A stretch of 60,785 nucleotides of DNA, the filler included, from Syncephalis fuscata S228 (lineage: Eukaryota; Fungi; Zoopagomycota), in the NCBI GenBank assembly GCA_025786725.1. It is 4 parts of 4 records of this genome, joined end to end, with 100 filler letters (N's around TTAATTAATTAA, not from the genome) between each part and the next. Parts side by side here need not be neighbours in the genome. Positions count along the whole stretch, not along the records: positions 46,324 to 60,785 come from JAHLTZ010000232.1; 3 more parts are not named here. One strand, given 5' to 3'. The position numbers and the translations under genes are program-made. The stretch's first letter is position 1. Each line of letters starts with the position of its first letter. Shown here piece after piece: positions 54,557 to 60,785 of this stretch. The notes under the pieces are model-generated. The model was not told the DNA's origin, did no database searches, and saw only the letters and a program-made list of their open reading frames with translations.

Positions 54557-57500
54557 TTAATAGGACAAATGGAAGAATATGTGCCTAAATTTGCTGAAGA
54601 AAACGGATCATCAAGCGATGGCGAATGGTTTGCCAATAAAAAGGCCAAAGTTCGTAAATGTAAGTCATAGGCTAAGTGTTGTATTTATAATTGCTAATAA
54701 GTATTGTTGATAGCCCGAAATAGTGATGATGCTAATAGTTATTTACGCTCTTCAAATCGATCACGTACGGGTGCAGTTGATTATGGCGAGTTAAATAATC
54801 AAGATTGGGGACTATCAGATGAGGATTATGCCATTTATGAAATCCATAAAACTACAAATGTTAAAGGTAAATAATAATAATAATAACAATGTATTAATGG
54901 TAAATTTAATTAATTAACATAATTTATATTGTTAATACAATCACCGATTTAATGATCTAATTCTAGTTGAAGAGGAGGAAGGTGATGTAATTGAAAGTAT
55001 TCATGATTATCGCACACAATCAGGAATAGGTATGTTAGCAAGTTAAATAGTAGATTTAGTATTTAATAATTATAATAGAAATATCCGACGATGTGCCATC
55101 CGAAGAGCTGCAGTTCCTTGTCAAATGGAAAGGCTGGAGCCATTTACATGATACTTGGGATGCATATAATGATTTGCGTGGATTTAAAGGATTTAAACGC
55201 GTTGATAATTTTATTCGACAAGTTGTTGCGTATGACCAAGCCATTCGTGCCGATCCTACAACAACACGCGAGGAAATAGAACAGCATGATATCAATGTTG
55301 AGATTGAACGGGCTGCTCTTGAAGATTACAAAACAGTTGAACGCGTCATTGCTAGCCGCCAAACGACTTCACAAAGTACACCGCCTGGAGAAACACCTCG
55401 ATCACCATCTGGTGTGACTATTATTGAGTATTTATGCAAGTGGAAACGATTGCCGTACGTTCAGTGTACCTGGGAACCGGCTGATTTGATATCTGAACGA
55501 TTTCAGGCGGAGATTGACGCGTTTTTAGAGCGTGAACAGCATATGCGAGTGCCACACCGTAGTGTTACCTTTGGACGACATAGACCACGACCAACATTTA
55601 AACGCATGACGGCTCAGCCGGACTATTTGGTTGGCGGCCAACTGCGTGATTATCAGCTTACAAGTCTAAACTGGATGAGCTATTTATGGTCACGTAATGA
55701 AAATGGCATTCTAGCAGTAAGCTACATTTAATAGTATATACTACTAGATTATAATAACGTTTATTATATAATGATAGGATGAAATGGGACTTGGCAAGAC
55801 GGTACAAACTATTTCATGGCTATCATATTTATACCATACTGCAGATATTTATGGACCATTTTTAGTTGTTGTACCTTTATCGACCCTTGGCAATTGGCAA
55901 AAAGAATTTGCTCGTTGGGCGCCCGATATGAATATCATTGCGTATATAGGCGATAGTAAAAGTCGTGAATTTATACGCGATTACGAGTTTTATTTACCAA
56001 GTACTGGACAAAGTGGACGTCGAGTCAAGTTTAACGTATTACTTACAACATATGAATTGATTCTTAAGGACCGACGTGACCTTGGCGCTATTCGTTGGGC
56101 CTTCTTGGCCGTTGACGAAGCCCATCGACTTAAGAATAGTGAATCGCAGTTACACGAAGTGTTGTCTGAATTCCACCATACTAATCGACTACTAATTACC
56201 GGTACACCATTACAAAACTCAGTTAAAGAGTTATACGCTCTCGTTAACTTTTTAATGCCTGATCAGCATGCAATGGCCGCCGAATTCGAGTTTGATGTTG
56301 AAGGTGCCAGCAGTGAACAGCAAGAAACGAAGATTAGAGAGCTACACGAGTTATTACGTCCACTTATGCTGCGTCGATTAAAGAAAGATGTAGAAAAGTC
56401 GCTGCCAAAGAAGACAGAGCGTATTCTACGTGTTGAACTCTCTCCTATGCAAGTTCATTATTACAAGAATATTCTTACTCGTAATTTTGAAATACTAAAT
56501 CGTGGCATCAGTGGACCAGGCCACTTAGCATGCTTAATATTGCTATTGAATTACAAAAAGCAAGTAATCATCCTTATTTATTTGAAGGTGCCGAACCTAT
56601 GGGCATGTCGCGCGAAGAACAGCTACGTGGGCTTATTATGAATAGCGGCAAAATGGTATTACTCGACAAGCTACTAACTCGACTTCGACAAGGTGGCCAT
56701 CGAGTATTAATCTTTTCACAAATGGTACGTCTACTTGATATTATGCAAGATTATATATCATTGCGCGGCTTTCCCCATCAACGACTTGATGGCAGTGTGC
56801 CTAATGAAGTGCGTAAAAAGGCCATTGATCATTTTAATGCACCTGGATCACCTGATTTCTGCTTTTTACTATCAACACGAGCCGGTGGTCTGGGTATTAA
56901 TTTGGAAACAGCCGATACAGTTATTATTTTCGATTCTGATTGGAATCCACAAAACGATCTACAGGCAATGGCACGTGCCCATCGTATTGGCCAGACTAGA
57001 ACGGTGAATGTCTATCGATTTGTATCAAAGGGTACAATTGAAGAAGAAGTACTTGAACGAGCAAAGCGCAAAATGGTACTCGAATACTTGCTTGTTAGTG
57101 GTATGGATACATCAGGCGCTAACTTACTTAAAGAACGTGGTGCCACTGCTCCAAAGTCAAAATCATATGCCGGTCAATTTACTAAAGAAGAATTAAATGC
57201 CATTTTAAAATTCGGTGCTAAAAATCTATTTCAAGAAACAACGAATCAGAAAAAACTTGATGATCTGGATTTAGATGAAATTCTTGATCGTGCTGAACAA
57301 CACGACACGGCAGCAGTTGAAGAGGCTGCAGCGGGTGGTGCACAAACCAGTGATGGTGGTGCCGAATTTCTTGCCCAGTTTCAAGTGGCCGACTATGGTG
57401 GCGACATGTCCTGGGAGGATATTGTACCGAAAGATGAACGGGAACGTATGGCGGCCGAGAAAGAAGCAAAAGCTCAAGCAGAAATGTGGTCAGCTACTCG

Positions 57501-59331
57501 TAAACGTAAAGCTGCTTCATCGGCCGCTAATGGTATACGTGAAGACTTGGAAGCCGTTGGTGAAGGACGAAAACGATCACGCAGTACTCGACGTACTTCT
57601 ACCAAACGCAATGCTAGATTCGAGGCCAATAGCGATGATGATGATGATGATGACGATGATCATCATGCCGGTGGTGGTGGTGGCGACGATGAAGATGATA
57701 ATGATGGCTTTACAGAACGTGAAGTACGCGCATTAGCTCGTGGTATGATGCGTTTTGGTCATCCTACCGATCGCTACGATCCAGTAGTAACCGAGGCTGA
57801 TTTGTCTAGTAAAGATAAGGAGCTGGTTATGACTATGGCCAAGAATATCGAACAGCTATGTAAAGATACTGTTTCAGCCCAGCTTGGCGATGTTGATGAT
57901 ATATTTGTGGCATTAACAACACGTCGCAAGGCCGACAAAGCCATTCAATGCGAAATGAACGGCGTTAACATTAATGCCGGCCAAATGCTGCAAAGATTAG
58001 CCGATCTACGCTGTCTTCATAAACAGCTAAATAACACTGTTGAATCTATTCGTTTTCGTATGCCTGTACAACTACGCGGCACACTTAACTGGAGTGTTCC
58101 ATGGACGCCACGCGATGATGCCTGTCTTATGGTAGGCATTCATCGATACGGATTTGGTGCATGGGAGCGTATACGTGATGATAAAGAACTACAGCTTGAC
58201 AAGAAGATATTTGGCGATGAACGTGGCACTCATGGTGAACGTCTAACACCAGGTCCAACTCATTTACAACGACGTGCTGACAATTTACTACGTTTACTGC
58301 GCGATGTAGAACGCGGCGTATCAGTATCGGTTCTAGCTAATGGTGTACGCCAACGAGCAACGAATGAATCGGGCAGTGATACACGTAGCAATGCACGTCG
58401 TCGTGGCGGTACTAATAGTAGTAGCGGTAGTAAACGTGCAGGTACCGGTACACGTTCTGTATCGACACCTACTCGATCTTCACGTAGACGACATATTAAA
58501 ACGGGCGATGAATCATCATCACTTAGTGAATTATCAGATAACGCACTTGCTACATCTGATTCAGATACAGCAATGCACACACCTAGAAAATCGAATACAA
58601 CTGGATCAACAAAGCGATCAACACCAACAAGTAATGGACGGTCACGCAGTGGACATCATGCCAATGGTGGTGGTGGCAATACAGCAGATGCAACCGCTAC
58701 TACTTATAATGACCATACAGATGAAGAGAAGTATGCTAGTATGGATGAAGCCGAATGTAAAGAATTATTACGACCTGTACGACGTGCACTACGCTGGCTA
58801 CAAACTGAATCGGAACAATGTCCACCTACTGAGAAGGTGGCCCGTACAACACAATGTGTTACTGATGTAGGTCGACACATTACACGGTTATTAAGTCAAC
58901 GATTTGCCCGTGCAGCATCATCGGAACGAGCACGTTGGCGTCGTCATTTATGGAAGTTTGCCAGTTATTTCTGGCCTATTGAGATACGCGGTGAACGATT
59001 ACGTGAACTTTATGAAAAGATGGAGCATCGTAAGTCCACTGGAGAGGAACAACAACAATCACCACCTCCACCACCATTATCATCACCCTCACTAACAAAG
59101 CAACCATCTACAACATTAAAGAAAAGTAATACTTCTAATGAGACCAATACCAATACCAATACTAATACCAATACTTCCCATACTAATACACCTCATTTAC
59201 ATTCACATCACCATCATCATCATCATCATCATCCACACCATCCACATCACCATCACCACCACCATCATCATCATTCAACGACACCACCACACCACCACAA
59301 CAACAACAACAACAACAACAGCTGTTCGTGA
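53529..59331 (+). CDS. CHD1: Chromodomain helicase DNA-binding protein 1 (Chd1/Hrp1-type remodeler); apparent 1-nt frameshift near 56520
   Basis: Two chromodomains ([25 protein letters not shown]), [43 protein letters not shown], the SLIDE motif [16 protein letters not shown], and a C-terminal CKELLRPVR...[11 protein letters not shown]. Confidence 0.96.
54502..54553 (+). repeat. (ATT)n microsatellite in a CHD1 intron
   Basis: Perfect ATT run. Confidence 0.95.
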
Positions 59332-59459
59332 TACCACTGATCGATCAACAACACAACACATCGTACAAGGTAATAGTAATGGTATTAATGATTTTAATAA
59401 TACATTTTATTACTATTACCATGATTACTTTTCTTTATTTCTTTTATTCTCTACTTGCT

Positions 59460-59920
59460 TTGATAATTTTCATTTCGATGCTTTTCTTATCTTTTTAAAC
59501 GTTACTCTACTCTTTTCTCTACTCACACGCCTCCGCTTCCTTCTATCTTCAACTTCTAGTAATCTATGAAATATATTCAAGTTTTTATTTCAATATATTA
59601 TCACCAATTTGTATTACTATTATTGTTATTGTTATTGTTAGAATGCTGATTCGGTGCTAGCCATTGATTCCAGATAGACAAGCTAGCCATGGCTCGTTGT
59701 TGGTTTTTATAAAGTCTACTTGTAGGGCCGGTTTGTTCAATGGCTTGTTCTAGTAAATGGTTACTAATACAGCTATATTAATAAGCTGCTAGTAAATAAA
59801 TGTATATTATACTTGCATTTTTGTTAATGTATAGCGCATACTATTTAATTCATGAATGAATTCAAGTCGAGAAGGTGGCGACTCTGTTGAAGATGTTGGT
59901 GATGATGACGGTGTAGTCAT
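59460..59920 (-). CDS. Small hypothetical 3-exon gene convergent with CHD1 (3' end approximate)
   Basis: MTTPSSSPTSSTESPPSRLEFIHELNSMRYTLTKMQ, a GT-AG intron, then LYISNHLLEQAIEQTGPTSRLYKNQQRAMASLSIWNQWL in frame. Confidence 0.45.
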
Positions 59921-60207
59921 TGTTGGTAAATGTAATATGAATAAATAGTTTGGTTTAGTTAAACAGTATGTTAAACGAGAAGTAGTGTAGTGGAGGAAGC
60001 AATAAAGAAATATGTATTGAAAAAGGATAAATAATAATAATGATAGTAGACTAATATTTTACTAGAAAATATACAGCCATATAGGTATTTATATTAAGTA
60101 CATATTATTCGTGTACTACAAATATAAAGCTGACGTATAGTTTTAGGGATTATGGCTAGTTATAACACGCGACAATATGTTTAACTTGCAAATAATTGAT
60201 ATTAGGT

Positions 60208-60785
60208 AAATATTGCTATATCAACCATATAATCCTACACATATAAAATAACAGGATATTATTAGGCTGATAATGAAATTATAATTTTGCATATTACAAA
60301 AATGTCAGAATGCCTAGGAAATAAACATTAGTATAAATCAACTAGTAATATATATATATATATTGGCGATGTATATTATGTTGTTAGAAATACTACCAGT
60401 TCAATGAGCTAAACCAATAATTTAACTATTTGTAATTATGTATACCAAGTTATTTGCATACTCAATAAACAATCAGTGTATAATAGTATACTTGATAGAT
60501 CAATATGCTAATCTGACCGTTAAACTAATGTAGATTTGGCTTAATCAATGTAATTAACCAAAAGATAAAGACATACTCAAATAAGCCATTCATTTCAAAA
60601 TCTTATTTATTTTACAATAGAAACCAAAATAAACTAAATTAGTGCCGAGCTAGCAAGCTGCAGTATTAAGGTTTGATATGCAGTAAACAACATTGAGTGC
60701 CTGTTGGTATGTTCAATTATGCACTAGTCTAATATAAAAGGCATATATATATTCTACAGAACATAAAAGTAGCTTTCCACTAGCA
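60208..60785 (-). repeat. Near-identical inverted repeat, right copy (runs to the window end)
   Basis: Reverse complement of 51845-52432. Confidence 0.92.

Overview
AT-rich, intron-rich eukaryotic DNA. Short GT-AG introns and the gene content suggest an early-diverging fungus of Zoopagomycota/Mucoromycota type; this is an inference. The window is four contigs joined by artificial 100-bp N44-TTAATTAATTAA-N44 linkers. Recognisable genes are UPF2/NMD2, a GCNA/SprT-type metalloprotease, three tandem ~7-TM membrane protein paralogs, a decayed Fanzor (TnpB-like) element, aminoacylase-1, a secreted ML-domain protein, an S8 subtilisin, two secreted pseudokinase-like genes, the 3' end of a DH-PH-C2 RhoGEF, the 3' part of ATG4, and CHD1. 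The main finding is that the two ~80-bp 'tandem repeat' arrays (992-3367 on +, 22470-24823 on -) are strings of 30 and 29 phase-1 spliceosomal introns separated by exons of only 3 nt (occasionally 6 nt). Splicing them by hand gives stop-free secreted precursors: signal peptide, PALVRR, then a 6-Cys mature peptide (GESLTCEECRSKCKEWKDYISACVFKCRQTECE and DFNSCYADCQANCHPENPWSNSCYCQYRCPNP). A third paralog (39735-39956) has the same leader, promoter and 3' flank but no introns, and encodes an 8-Cys peptide. This looks like a 'one codon per exon' system for diversifying cysteine-rich secreted peptides.
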